DNA from: Antedon mediterranea
Lineage: Eukaryota > Animalia > Echinodermata
Assembly: GCF_964355755.1 (NCBI RefSeq)
Contig: NC_092674.1
Coordinates: 6,820,001 to 6,884,000, forward strand
Direction: 5' to 3'
DNA length: 64,000 nucleotides
Part shown: piece by piece, positions 31,288 through 43,430 of the stretch
Layout: each line of letters begins with the position of its first letter
Position numbering within the stretch: position 1 is the first letter of the stretch
Made by a program: the position numbers and the translations under genes
The notes under the pieces: model-generated
Seen by the model: the letters and a program-made list of their open reading frames with translations, nothing else
Databases searched by the model: none
Told to the model about the DNA's origin: nothing

Positions 31288-34200
31288 AATAAAATGTTCA
31301 GTTGGTAATTTACTAGCGTCTTTATCATTTATTTATATTTGGCTCTACATTTTGTATCGAGCACTTTCGCTTTCATGATCTGCGTTAAATTTACCACGAT
31401 TTATATATATATATATGTATATATATATCAATTTGTACCCAAAACCCAAGCTTTTGTTGTGATTGTTTCCATACTGTAGTTCATTTTTCCCATTGTGATT
31501 TTTTTTTAATGATTTTGTGCCATAAAACTTTATGTTTAAATAATAATATTAGTAATAATAATTTGTGATTGTGATGCAGAACCATTTGAGTATATTCTTT
31601 TATTTATTTTTGTTATTTATTAAACTTTATCACTGCACATAACATAACATAAAGGCAGCAAAAAGAAATGGATGAACAGGTGACAAGCACCTACCCACAT
31701 CCCCCTTAAAATACACATAACATTAACAAATAGAATATGTAAATGCACAAGGTAAATATGAAAATAGCTAAAGTAAATTACTTATAAATACTATACTGAA
31801 TACAATTTGAGAAATAAAATACGGTATGACGTTAAAACTCATATATGAATATGATACAAACATGCCTACTGAACTATCGATGCCTGCAATGGGCAATCGG
31901 CAACTCATAATTTCTTTATTAAATTTTGGGTTCCACATATTTTTTTTATTTTTTAAGTATTAAAAATAGTTTACAAATATATTGTTTTACTATTTCTCTA
32001 TTTTTATACTAATTATCCAGTAGCTAAATACTGACTATATTTTTTTCTAAATGTTCTTTTTTTTTTATACATTTTAAATTATTATAATTTAATAAATAAA
32101 ACTGACACACAATCAGAAATCACAAATATTTTAAAACATGATCAAGGACTCCATACAGTATCCATCATTAAGATTAACAGAAGTTATTTTATTCAAAACT
32201 ACGAAGTAAGTCGCAAATTCGGCTCTTTATAAAACACTCCCTACAGGTTCGGTTTTGTTTGCGTGATCTTTTTACTTGCACAGATTCCTCTAGCGTTGGG
32301 CATACATGTTCGTTGATCATGCATGTGTCACACATGTGTTGTTGTGATGTGATATATATCAGCATGTTTTTTAAGAGACAAGCATTACATCACCATCGTT
32401 GCTAAAAGGTAAGAATGCCAGGATAGTGACGGCATTGACGATTAATCACTGCTCGACTTACTTTTACTCGTAACACTATTCAAATAATCCGTATTTAATT
32501 AAACTACATTCTGTATCGTATCGGCATATTGAATTAGAACTTATAAGACACTTAAGACATAAGTATGGTTTACTTGTATATTATATAAAAACTTTATTTC
32601 ACAAATAAAATGCATATAGCAAAAAAAAAAAAAAAACATACAATAAAAAAATAAATATATGAGTACTGTAGTATAAAAATTCTAATATAAAATGTCAGAC
32701 CAACCAGCTGACATACAATTTTTAATTGAAAAACAATTTATCAAACACAGTTTTAACAATCAATATTAGATATACTCTTTATTTACGTAACATAAAACTA
32801 TAAATAGACTTACATATCCTAGGAAAGCATCTGAATTCAGGTCTTCTGGGTATAGAGGCCAAGCATAAATGCTAATAGGCTCCTCGTGAAAAACAACTTT
32901 ATTGTATTAAATGTATCATTGTGATAATTTTTGACTAGTCTAATTTTTAATTTTAAGGCAATCATCTTTATAAACCATTTCATATCGTAATACGTGGTTA
33001 CGAGATTATTGTGAGCCTAGAGCATGCGTAGAGCAGTGAGCAAGTAATGCAGTTTTCTTGAACATTTCTTGCACTCCAAAGAGGAAGAAACTTACAAAAT
33101 ATACATAATTAGCGTGGGAAATCAACGAAGTCCATTATCTTAATTATCTCTACAAGTTTTTTAGATTAATAATCTTAAGATTCAATGTTAAGATTCAATG
33201 TTTTATGTTAACTGTAATTTATGGTGAACATTTGCCAATGACCGGAATTGTTTGTCAGTGGATGAGGTGAATTAGCAAGTTTATAAACTCAGGATAATCG
33301 ATCACATGAGTTAATATCTTGGAATGCTGAAGATTGTTATTGATTCAGATAAACCATAGTGACTTTTCACAGGTACGCGTTTTTTACGAGTCAGTCCCTG
33401 TCATCGAGTTGTGTGAGCAAAGAAAAGTGAGATTTATCCTTGGTGCAATTATAGATCATCTTCTTCTCAATATAATGTAAATATATTGGCAAGTGGATAA
33501 CCATAAGTGATAACATTCACTGTCTTCCAAGTTTTTTTTATATATTTTATACTGCATCCAACAGAGAGTAACTCGCCAATTACCGGACAGATAAACTATT
33601 TTATAATTTATCGTGCTTATAAACTAAGTCTCATTTGAGGCTTAGGGAGTGGAGTTAAAAGAGTCTTGAGTTACCACCAAGCTACAGCTCCAAGTTGGCA
33701 ACCAAGCTTTTTTTCAGAGTGAATTTGTTCTTTGTCATGAAAAACATATGAAAGGATTTGAACCCTAGTTGATCTGATGCCAGTGAATATGCTGTATAAC
33801 CATAAAGTAGCCCATTGTTGGAAGCATCCCAGTTGTATATAAATGAAGGTCATTGGTCAGTTTGTTACCAGCTTAAACTGGGATAGCGTGGTTGTGCAAA
33901 GTACAACTATAATGAATCACCGCTTTCCTGGTATAATGTGATTTCCTCTATAATTAATTTATTATTATCAATATTTGTCATGTAAATGGAAGCAACAATA
34001 ACAGGCTGTCAAGGCAAATAAACATTTTTGTTACTGCTCTACCAAGTTATAAAGAAAGAATAAATTAATTCCCCATTGAGACAAGAAACTTGTTTTCTTC
34101 TAGAGAAGACCCCAAATGATGGCTTATTGCTATGTTTTCATTTATGTACACACCTATAATTATATTATACTGTATAATGCCATTGTTGAATGAATAAATA

Positions 34201-34346
34201 AATGTTTTTTGAACTATTTAAATCTTTTTCCAGATACTGATAGCTCCACTAATCAACTAAAACATTCAGATGAATATCAAACCTCTTTAATTAGTTGTGT
34301 GTAATGATTACATTTTTTAAATTTATTTATTTTAAGTCTAATTCAT

Positions 34347-34455
34347 GCCTAGCTTACTGTACCTGGATAAATCAAAAATAGCCCTTGCTCTCCTCGGGGA
34401 GAGCATATGATATGAAAAGTAAAAAGTTCCTTGAATCTTGAGTCCGTCCACCGTG
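34347..34455 (+). mobile_element. Diverged remnant of a DIRS terminal repeat
   Basis: GCCTAGCTTAC...AATAGCCCTTGCTCTCC...AAAAGTTCCT resembles 46465-46545. Confidence 0.6.
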
Positions 34456-34851
34456 TTAAAATGGGCACGCCATTTTTGTTTTCTTTTTTTGTATTTGTAG
34501 ATATATTAATGATTTCCGTATGTCCTTTATTTGGTAATTGTCCCGGTTCCAAAAATCGATTATTACAGTTATAGTTTTGGCATTAAATGTAATATTAATC
34601 CCAAAGGTTAGTCCCTAAAATATGAAAAAGATAAACAATTTATTCATAACCTTGTAAATATTAGAAACCAGATGTGTACACATAAAATTAACATAAAAAG
34701 TACTGTACTGTACATACTGAATATATGCAGGTGCATATTTCTGCTGCTTCGTACTGATAGCAATAACGGTTTCAAAGAGCTGTGAGCTAACCTGTAGATT
34801 TTACACGTGTACACCAACTTTCATCTCCTATACAAACAAATAGCGCTCTTA

Positions 34852-34997
34852 AGCTCTGTCTACATTATCAAACTTTAAAAATGTGATGTGCCTATATCGA
34901 TATGCAGATGATGTCATAACACTACCATATTTGGGATATCACTACCATATTTGGGCACATCACACTTTTTTGTCAAACTGGTTTGATAGTGCAGACT
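34852..34997. mobile_element. MITE family A copy
   Basis: TIR and core match. Confidence 0.8.
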
Positions 34998-36134
34998 GCT
35001 GAGATAGACCAGTGCACCAAGGTAACTACTGAGCTTTAGAAGGGTGCACTGGTTTCATTAAGCCAGACTGGTTCTCCAGTTTGATGTCCTTGACATCCCA
35101 CACCACATTCCCTGACCACATCACATACCACATCTCATACCACATCCCTGACCATACCCACTGTACTGTAAGTACCGGACTTTATTAACCACCACCATCA
35201 TCCTACAAATACTCTCCCTGTACAACGTAATCTTGAAAACACGAATATTACTATAAGAAATAGTATCCTTTAATATTAAGATTACTGTAGACCCTCAGCT
35301 TAATGTCTTTTTTAAAGGATGAGTATACATGCATATCAATCACGTTGCTTAAGGACACAGACCAGATAACAATAACACTCGTGCTGTCCCACAATTCATG
35401 CCATCACGCTCTTTGTTGTCTATTGCCTTTCAATGCCTGAGCCGAGTTCTGTAATTACATTTTTGAAAATTGATACATTCTGATAGCAATAGCATGTAGT
35501 GTTTGTTTGCCTCAAGAATTATATTCATGTATTGAATGTCATAACTTTGCTTTACTGATTTTTTTTTTTTGGTGGAACCTATCCATTGGATGTAGATTAT
35601 TTAATGAGCAGAATTGGAATAATTGAACACATAATTAAGGAACCAGGTTGATTGTACGATTTAATAGGTATATCCAGATGACAAAAGATAGTACTGTACA
35701 TTGTAGGTTAAAGTTCAACGTTACACTTTTTAGTATCCCCCCTTATTTAAAAATCGTGTATACACCACTGCGCATCACCCACACTGCAGTACAGTACTAT
35801 AAAATCTTTTGAAATGAGGTCAATAATAATGACTTCATAATGGAAGTCTTAAAAATGTATTTATTTTATGGTTTATGTTTGTTGTTGATATTTGTAATCA
35901 GTTTATTTTTAAATATAGTTTTTAACTTTTGTTCAGTTGAGTTGTACTGTATAATCTACTGTATAGTACTGTTTAGTAATATTTACAGTAATACTGACTT
36001 CCGTAGTACAGTATTAAAAGTAATCTATAAATAACAATTACTGTACACTACTTTTATTAGTATTCCTTCCAGGTGACTTTATTGTAGAATTTAGTAATAA
36101 TATATGTCCTGTTTATATATAAATCCAAAGGCAA

Positions 36135-36285
36135 ATTACTGAAAAAGGTGACAATGCTGTGTTTATCAGTGGCTGGATCTCAATGAAGATACAAAAAAAA
36201 AGCGAAAAGCTAAATCAAAACGATAAAGTAAACAGCCAGAAAAGTTAGCAGAGCTTTCGGGCAACACTAGCCCTTCATCAGTGTT
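36135..36285 (-). mobile_element. Penelope-like terminal fragment with hammerhead-like core
   Basis: Minus strand CACTGATGAAGGGCTAGTGTTGCCCGAAAGCTCTGC...GAGATCCAGCCACTGATA; related to 56065-56350. Confidence 0.5.
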
Positions 36286-37034
36286 TATATATAAAATGTA
36301 TACTCTATTAGAGTATACAGTACTGTAGTATACCTCATGTACAGTAATGGTATACTATAGCAAAGAGAGCACTGTCAGTATACTGTATAGGGTCAGATAT
36401 GTCTCCTTTAAACCAAATTACTAGAACAGGAAAATATTGTGTGGATGAATTAATGTGGTACTGGTAGATACAGTTGCTTGTCCTTTGGAACGGACATGCT
36501 GTTGCATTAAATAAATATCAAATACTGTAGCTGAATATTGTGAGTTGTATTATTCATCAATTCTATTAATATGCAGTGATATTTAATATTATTATTCCTG
36601 TGTTTTAATCAAGTATTATTTTTTATCTAGATAATTTATGCTCTATTTAATTGCCAGTGTCTGTTATTATGGACAATTACTGTTATGGCAAAATCAAAAG
36701 CTTTTTTTTTGGCCTTTTGTCAAAATCTAATTTATAAAATCGAATACGGTACTGTAATGTACAGTAATTATATTGTTTTTTCAATTATTTTGACAATAAA
36801 AATATACAGTATTTACAGTATAATAATAATATTAATAGTTCATTCTTATATAGCGCATATAAGCAAGCTCTCAATGCGCTGAACATTATTACCCCAGTGC
36901 GGCGAGAGTTGGATTCGAACCTTGGTCTAACGATCAGTAGTCGAACGTCCAACACACAGCGCCACACGCCCTCACAGTATAATATAACTGTTCTTTTGGT
37001 GCTTTCTTTTTTTAAATAGGTTGATGTGTGCACT

Positions 37035-37350
37035 GTAATTTAGTGTCTCGGTGTTCTAACCATTCTGTGTAGCCTGATAGTACAAGTGTTTTCTGTTAAA
37101 TAGATGTGCATTTTAGTACAGTGTATCTCGGTGCTCTAACCATTCTTTGTAGCCTGATATTACAAGTGTTTTCTGTTAAATAGATGTGCATTTTAGTACA
37201 GTATCTTGGGTGCCCGTATCTTTGTGCTCTAATCTTTCTACTGTATCTTGGTGTTCTACCCATTCTGTGTAGCCTGACAGGCACTGTAATATAGTATCTC
37301 GGTGTTCTAACCACTCTGTGTAGCCTGACACAGTACAAGTGTTTTCTGTA
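37035..37350. repeat. Imperfect tandem repeat (TCTCGGTGTTCTAACCATTCTGTGTAGCCTGA...)
   Basis: Four to five visible units. Confidence 0.75.
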
Positions 37351-39342
37351 TAAAAAGAAAGTAATTAATTTGCTATTGACATTCTCATTCCCATGTGTCA
37401 ATTGTCAAGTAAATCAAGGATTATTGATTGTATTAATAAATTGAGAGTTTACAAGATTATTGTGTGTGTGTGTCTATAAAGCATGTGGATCTGTGCATCA
37501 CTATTGAAATCTGGGATATGCAAACAAAATAATGATATGCAACAATAGCAATTTAATTCTAGTTCATGTGTTTGCTGCATAAAAATACCTGTAACCGGGT
37601 AAAAACCATCTGAATAAATTACCCCCAATTTCTTGGCAGCAGAAGATGACCAATTTTCAGTAATCAGTTATAACTGAAATAACAGTTAAAAAAGCTAATC
37701 AATTCAGTGTTAGACTGGTTATCACTGTGCAACTTTTGGCGGCAACGCAAAATAATGTTAAAAACACCAAATTGGTTCGGTATTAGGACGCCATTTAACC
37801 GGTTATCACTGTGCAACTATTGTCAGCAATGCAAAATAACGGTTAAAAACACCCAATTGATTCGGTGTAAAACGCCATTTAACCGGTATTAATGCAACTT
37901 TTGGCTGCAACCCAAAATAACAGTTATTTGATTGACAGTCACTGACCTAAACTGTAAAACGGTTTATTCAATTCTATGCAGCAGATACAGACCCTTGGTT
38001 AATAGTTAATATAGACCCAAAAAATTAAATAAATAAATGATAATAGAGGTGTAGCCTGAATAAGGTTTGCTGGCTATAGTGTTAAAACTGCCCATCATTC
38101 ATTTAATGGGGAAAAAAGGTCCCCTTAATAGAGGTGTCCCGAAGGAGAGGTTCTACTATAAAACATAGGATTAATATGGTTATATTGAAAGGTGAGAATG
38201 TAGAATTAATGGTTGGGCTGCATCGATGAGTGCATCGTAAAACGTCAAATAGAACAGAACCAGACAGGATTGTTTCGAAATACTAAGTAGGATTTTAGAA
38301 ATTGTATAGACAATCGCATTTTAATGGTCGCAGTAATGTGAACAGTCTGCCTTCGTTAATATGTAAGCGTCTGCTACAATACTGTAAACAAAGTTGTCTG
38401 CCTATTATGTCACATATTATAATGCACTGTACTCTATACCTGAGTGCCCCAAAGGCTTACTGTACAAACCATGTGATAGGTTAAAATGTAACACAATGCA
38501 ATGTATGGGATGTGTAAAGAGTCAGTCTATTTCATGTCTAGCTTCCCGTCCTGGGGGGCACAAAAAGAAATGCCAGCAGTACTTTGGAGCTGCCCATGTG
38601 AAGGTTTGGTTGACAGATTAGTCCATTATGGTAGAGGGGTACAGTACTCTATGAACTTCTATTGTTGGGTTATCCAGGTAAACACCACTCATACTCTAAA
38701 AACAGCACTGTTTGTTTGTGTAATTTTAATCATACCATGTTCTTTGCCGGATTAGTTGATTTATAGTAGAAAGGTACAATACAGTACTTGATGAAAACAT
38801 CAAATGTTTATATGCACTCACCAGGAAGAGATAGAACACAGGCTTTTGTTGGTCAACCCCAGAGCATTTTTGTGTTTCCTAGATTTACAGTATATGAATA
38901 CATAGCACACTGTGATATTATTTTCATTGTCACTTTGATGATTTTAAACTTTAATTTAAGGGCATATACATTATGTCATTATTTTCTATGCAATGTGTCT
39001 TCAGTAAAAATATTTATAAAAAACATTATTATATTATCTGTCAGTGTTAATGACAAGTTGCATGCACTTTACCTAATCACAGAAATCACCTACAGCGTAT
39101 TTTGCATAATTTTATTATGTGAATGTACCTGTTCATACTCAATATTATCTAAACATTCATTTAAATCAAGTTTACTAGAGGTTGTTATGCGAAGGATAGG
39201 TATATCAAGGTTAATTTGAGTGTGAAAGGAATTCTTCGAAAATGGTTTGGTCGTTGTAGAATAGTTTATTATAAAACAAAAATCATATTGCTATAATGTT
39301 TACTCTGTTTCTTATACAGTAATCAGTGGTTGTTTATCCTTA

Positions 39343-39461
39343 AGCTCTGTCTACACTGGCAACAAATGTTATGTGCCCATATATGGACATCTTATCACTA
39401 CCATATTTGGGAATATCACTGCCATATTTTGTCAAACTAGTTTGATAGTGTAGACAGAGCT
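39343..39461. mobile_element. MITE family A copy (internally deleted)
   Basis: Both TIRs present. Confidence 0.8.
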
Positions 39462-41375
39462 TTGGATTAGTGACACAGATGGTCAAATGTTTGAGGCATT
39501 TACTGACTTTCTTTAAAGTGAGGTGAACATGATCACAATGTTGTTTGCTTTGCAGTAAAAATTTGCTCTAAAGAAACCCTATATAATATAAACCTTTCTG
39601 ATATAATGGTTTTGTGGATTGAATTTGAAACCAGAATTAATTAAAACCATTTTTTAATTCACTTCTAATTTGGACTTTTATGGATGTTAGTCTTTAAAAC
39701 ATGGCAAAAAATTATAATGATTATTATAATTTAAATTCTGTAATTTATTACAAGTTTGTTTTATGTGTTATAGTCATACTGACCAGTTGTTATTTTAAGT
39801 ACGTACTATAGTGGTTTAATACACCTGTAATAATATTAATTTATAACAAGAATTTGTATAGTCAGATGATACTATTTCTATCTTCCACGTGAAATGCTCA
39901 CGGCATCTCTCTTCATTATTAGTCTGTGGTAGTGTTCTCATTTCCCAGAAAAATTATCCGGAATCAGCTTTGAAATGGAATTACTCATTAGGTGTGAACC
40001 CTGCCAAATTGTACAAAGTACAGTAATTGTATAAATTTTACTGCGTTCTTACTGTTAGTGTTACGGCAGGTGATGTTTGGGATATATTGTTCTTAAAAAC
40101 ATGAAAATGATAATTAATAAAATCAAACTTAGAATAAGCCATTTTGTAGTTTTAATAAATCTAATCACTTCCGTAGAAGAAAAAAAACGGTTAAATTCTG
40201 ACAATATTTTTTGCTTTAAATTACAGTTTTTCAGGTAAATATCTTTTTTTTAATCCAATTTTGGTCAAAGTGAATACTACTGTACTATTATGTGACATTA
40301 AAATGACATACAGTATTCAATAACAAAATTTTCACAAATTATTTTTTCAGAGGACAATATATCTTTAAAAGCTACTACAGTATTACCCCTTTTTTCTAGT
40401 AATAAATACTAGGTTGTAGTCTTTTTTCCCTTTTGCTATGCGCATAGAAACCATGTCCTCTTTTTAAATAGACAGATTTCCGCTAATAAAACTGTGATTT
40501 CGTCAAATTTACACTTACAGTAAACACGTTAGGGTCGTATGTTTAATATCATTACCTAAAATACCGATACATTAGGCGCAGGAGCCCCGGATAGCGTTAC
40601 GAAGTCGTTAACTCTGTCAGCCCATGGTCAACCCAACTAATGTGTTTTTCCCAAGGACAACTTATCAATAACTAAACTTTGTCACCACCCATAAGTGTGC
40701 TGTTCATTTCCTATTGACCAATGAACACCAATGTAACTGGACCTGAGTTTCTTGCTATTCGACCTTGGGTGCAAATTATACAATTAATTGATGTTAAGGC
40801 CACTGACTACTCTTTTCTGTATAGAAACACTGAATTGACTGAATATTAAGAAAACCCTACAATAATTTCTACTACTACTTGATATGGTGTTATACAAGAA
40901 CTATATTAAAAGAATTGAATGTATGGAGAATGAAAAGTTAAACGTTATAACTTATATGTAAAACATCACTCATCTATCAGATATATCATTTTCTAAAAAT
41001 TGTTTCATTAGTTAGAATAGATCACGGAAAACCAATACCAATACTGATCTGGACTCGGAAATTCAAAATGTAGCAGGCAACGTTTCACCAATGAAAACTT
41101 TCAAGACAAACAAAGTATCATAATTATCATGATATCCATTTTTATTTAATAACGATAAATGGATACAGTATAAATATTTCGTCTTTTTTGTTATTTTGTG
41201 ATGGAAAATATATTGAGTGAACATTGGCACTGAGCTTAAATGTTCCCCGTCCCCTTAATGTCCGCTTTATAGGAGTGTCCCCTCAGTAAGGATTTGCTGT
41301 TTTTCCCCTTAATAATAAATTATGATGTCCATCTTATCCTCTCAATTTTAATGTGCTACACCCGATAATAGAATA

Positions 41376-41546
41376 CACATCTAGCTCGTGTGTACTTTAA
41401 AGAACCTAGTACATCTTTCGAGACGAGTGGGGGGTTACCCCGGTGTATTAGTACATCACAGCCACTGATCACCAACTGGGCCCTCTGGGAGACCAGTCTT
41501 TGACTGAAGAGGTTACCCAGTATAAATATATATTTCAATTCAATTC
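41376..41546 (+). mobile_element. 5'-truncated SINE with TSD
   Basis: Reverse complement of the 945-1271 family; AATAGAATA at 41367-41375 and 41547-41555. Confidence 0.8.
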
Positions 41547-41559
41547 AATAGAATAACTG

Positions 41560-43430
41560 TACAGTAGGCTCCCATTTGATGCAATGTGTTACCCAATGTG
41601 CTCAATTTGATTGTGCTACCCAAATCCATGCTATCCATTTGAAATAATTTGCTATCCATTTAAAGAATGTGCTACCCGATAATCCGTATAGAATAATGTA
41701 CAGTACAATTATATCCATTTGATTGTGCTACCTAATGTGCTATCCATTTGAAATAATGTGCTATCCATTTGAAAGAATGTGCTATCCATTTAAAAGAATG
41801 TGCTACCCGATAATCCGTATAGAATAATGTACAGTACAGTACTATATCCATTTGATTGTGCTACCCAATGTGCTATCCATTTGAAAGAATGTGCTATCCA
41901 TTTGAAAGAATGTGCTACCCGATAATCCGTATAGAATAATGTACAGTACTATATCCATTTGATTGTGCTACCTAATGTGCTATCCATTTGAAAGAATGTG
42001 CTACCCGATAATCCTTATAGAATAATGTACAGTACTATATCCATTTGACTGTGCTACCTAATGTGCTATCCATTTGAAAGAATGTGCTACCCGATATTCC
42101 GTAGGCTATAGAATAATGTACAGTACAATTATATCCATTTGATTGTGCTACCTAATGTGCTATCCATTTAAAATAATGTGCTACCCGATAATCCTTATAG
42201 AATAATGTACAGTACTATATCCATTTGATTGTGCTACCCAATGTGCTATCCATTTGAAATAATGTGCTATCCATTTGAAATAACGTGCTATTTGAAAGAA
42301 TGTGCTACCCGATAATCCGTATAGAATAATGTACAGTACAATTACATCCATTTGATTGTGCTACCTAATGTGCTATCCATTTGAAATAATGTGCTATCCA
42401 TTTGAAATAATGTGCTATCCATTTGAAAGAATGTGCTATCCATTTGAATAATTTTCTATCCATTTGAAAGAATGTGCTACCCGATAATCCGTATAGAATA
42501 ATGTACAGCACTATATCCATTTGACTGTGCTACCTAATGTGCTATCCATTTGAAATAATGTGCTACCCGATATTCCGTAGGCTATAGAATAATGTACAGT
42601 ACAATTATATCCATTTGATTGTGCTACCTAATGTGCTATCCATTTAAAATAATGTGCTACCCGATAATCCTTATAGAATAATGTACAGTACTATATCCAT
42701 TTGATTGTGCTACCCAATGTGCTATCCATTTGAAATAATGTGCTATCCATTTGAAATAACGTGCTATTTGAAAGAATGTGCTACCCGATAATCCGTATAG
42801 AATAATGTACAGTACAATTACATCCATTTGATTGTGCTACCTAATGTGCTATCCATTTGAAATAATGTGCTATCCATTTGAAATAATGTGCTATCCATTT
42901 GAAAGAATGTGCTATCCATTTGAATAATTTTCTATCCATTTGAAAGAATGTGCTACCCGATAATCCGTATAGAATAATGTACAGCACTATATCCATTTGA
43001 CTGTGCTACCTAATGTGCTATCCATTTGAAATAATGTGCTACCCGATAATCCTTATAGAATAATGTACAGTACTATATCTATTTGATTGTGCTACCCAAT
43101 GTGCTATCCATTTGAAATAATGTGCTATCCGTTTGAAATAATGTGCTATCCATTTGAAATAGGCCTAATGTGCTATCCATTTGAAAGAATGTGCTACCCG
43201 ATAATCATAGAATAATGTACAGTACTATATCCATTTGATTGTGCTACCTAATGTGCTATCCATTTGAAATAATGTGCTATCCATTTGAAAGAATGTGCTA
43301 TCCATTTGAAAGAATGTGCTATCCATTTGAAAGAATGTGCTACCCGATAATCCGTATAGAATGCACAGTACAGTTATATCATAGTTATATCCATTTGATT
43401 GAGCTATCTATTGTGCTATCCGTTTGAACT
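41560..43430. repeat. Composite minisatellite (21-bp TGTGCTATCCATTTGAAAGAA units plus TACCCGATAATCCGTATAGAATAATGTACAGTAC spacers)
   Basis: Direct reading; variant markers recur at about 477-bp spacing. Confidence 0.95.

Noticed and set aside
38302-39219. Several 60-143 aa ORFs
   Set aside because: Composition typical of AT-rich non-coding DNA, no domain motifs
41560-43430. CRISPR-like repeat array
   Set aside because: No unique spacers, eukaryotic context, no cas genes; it is a minisatellite
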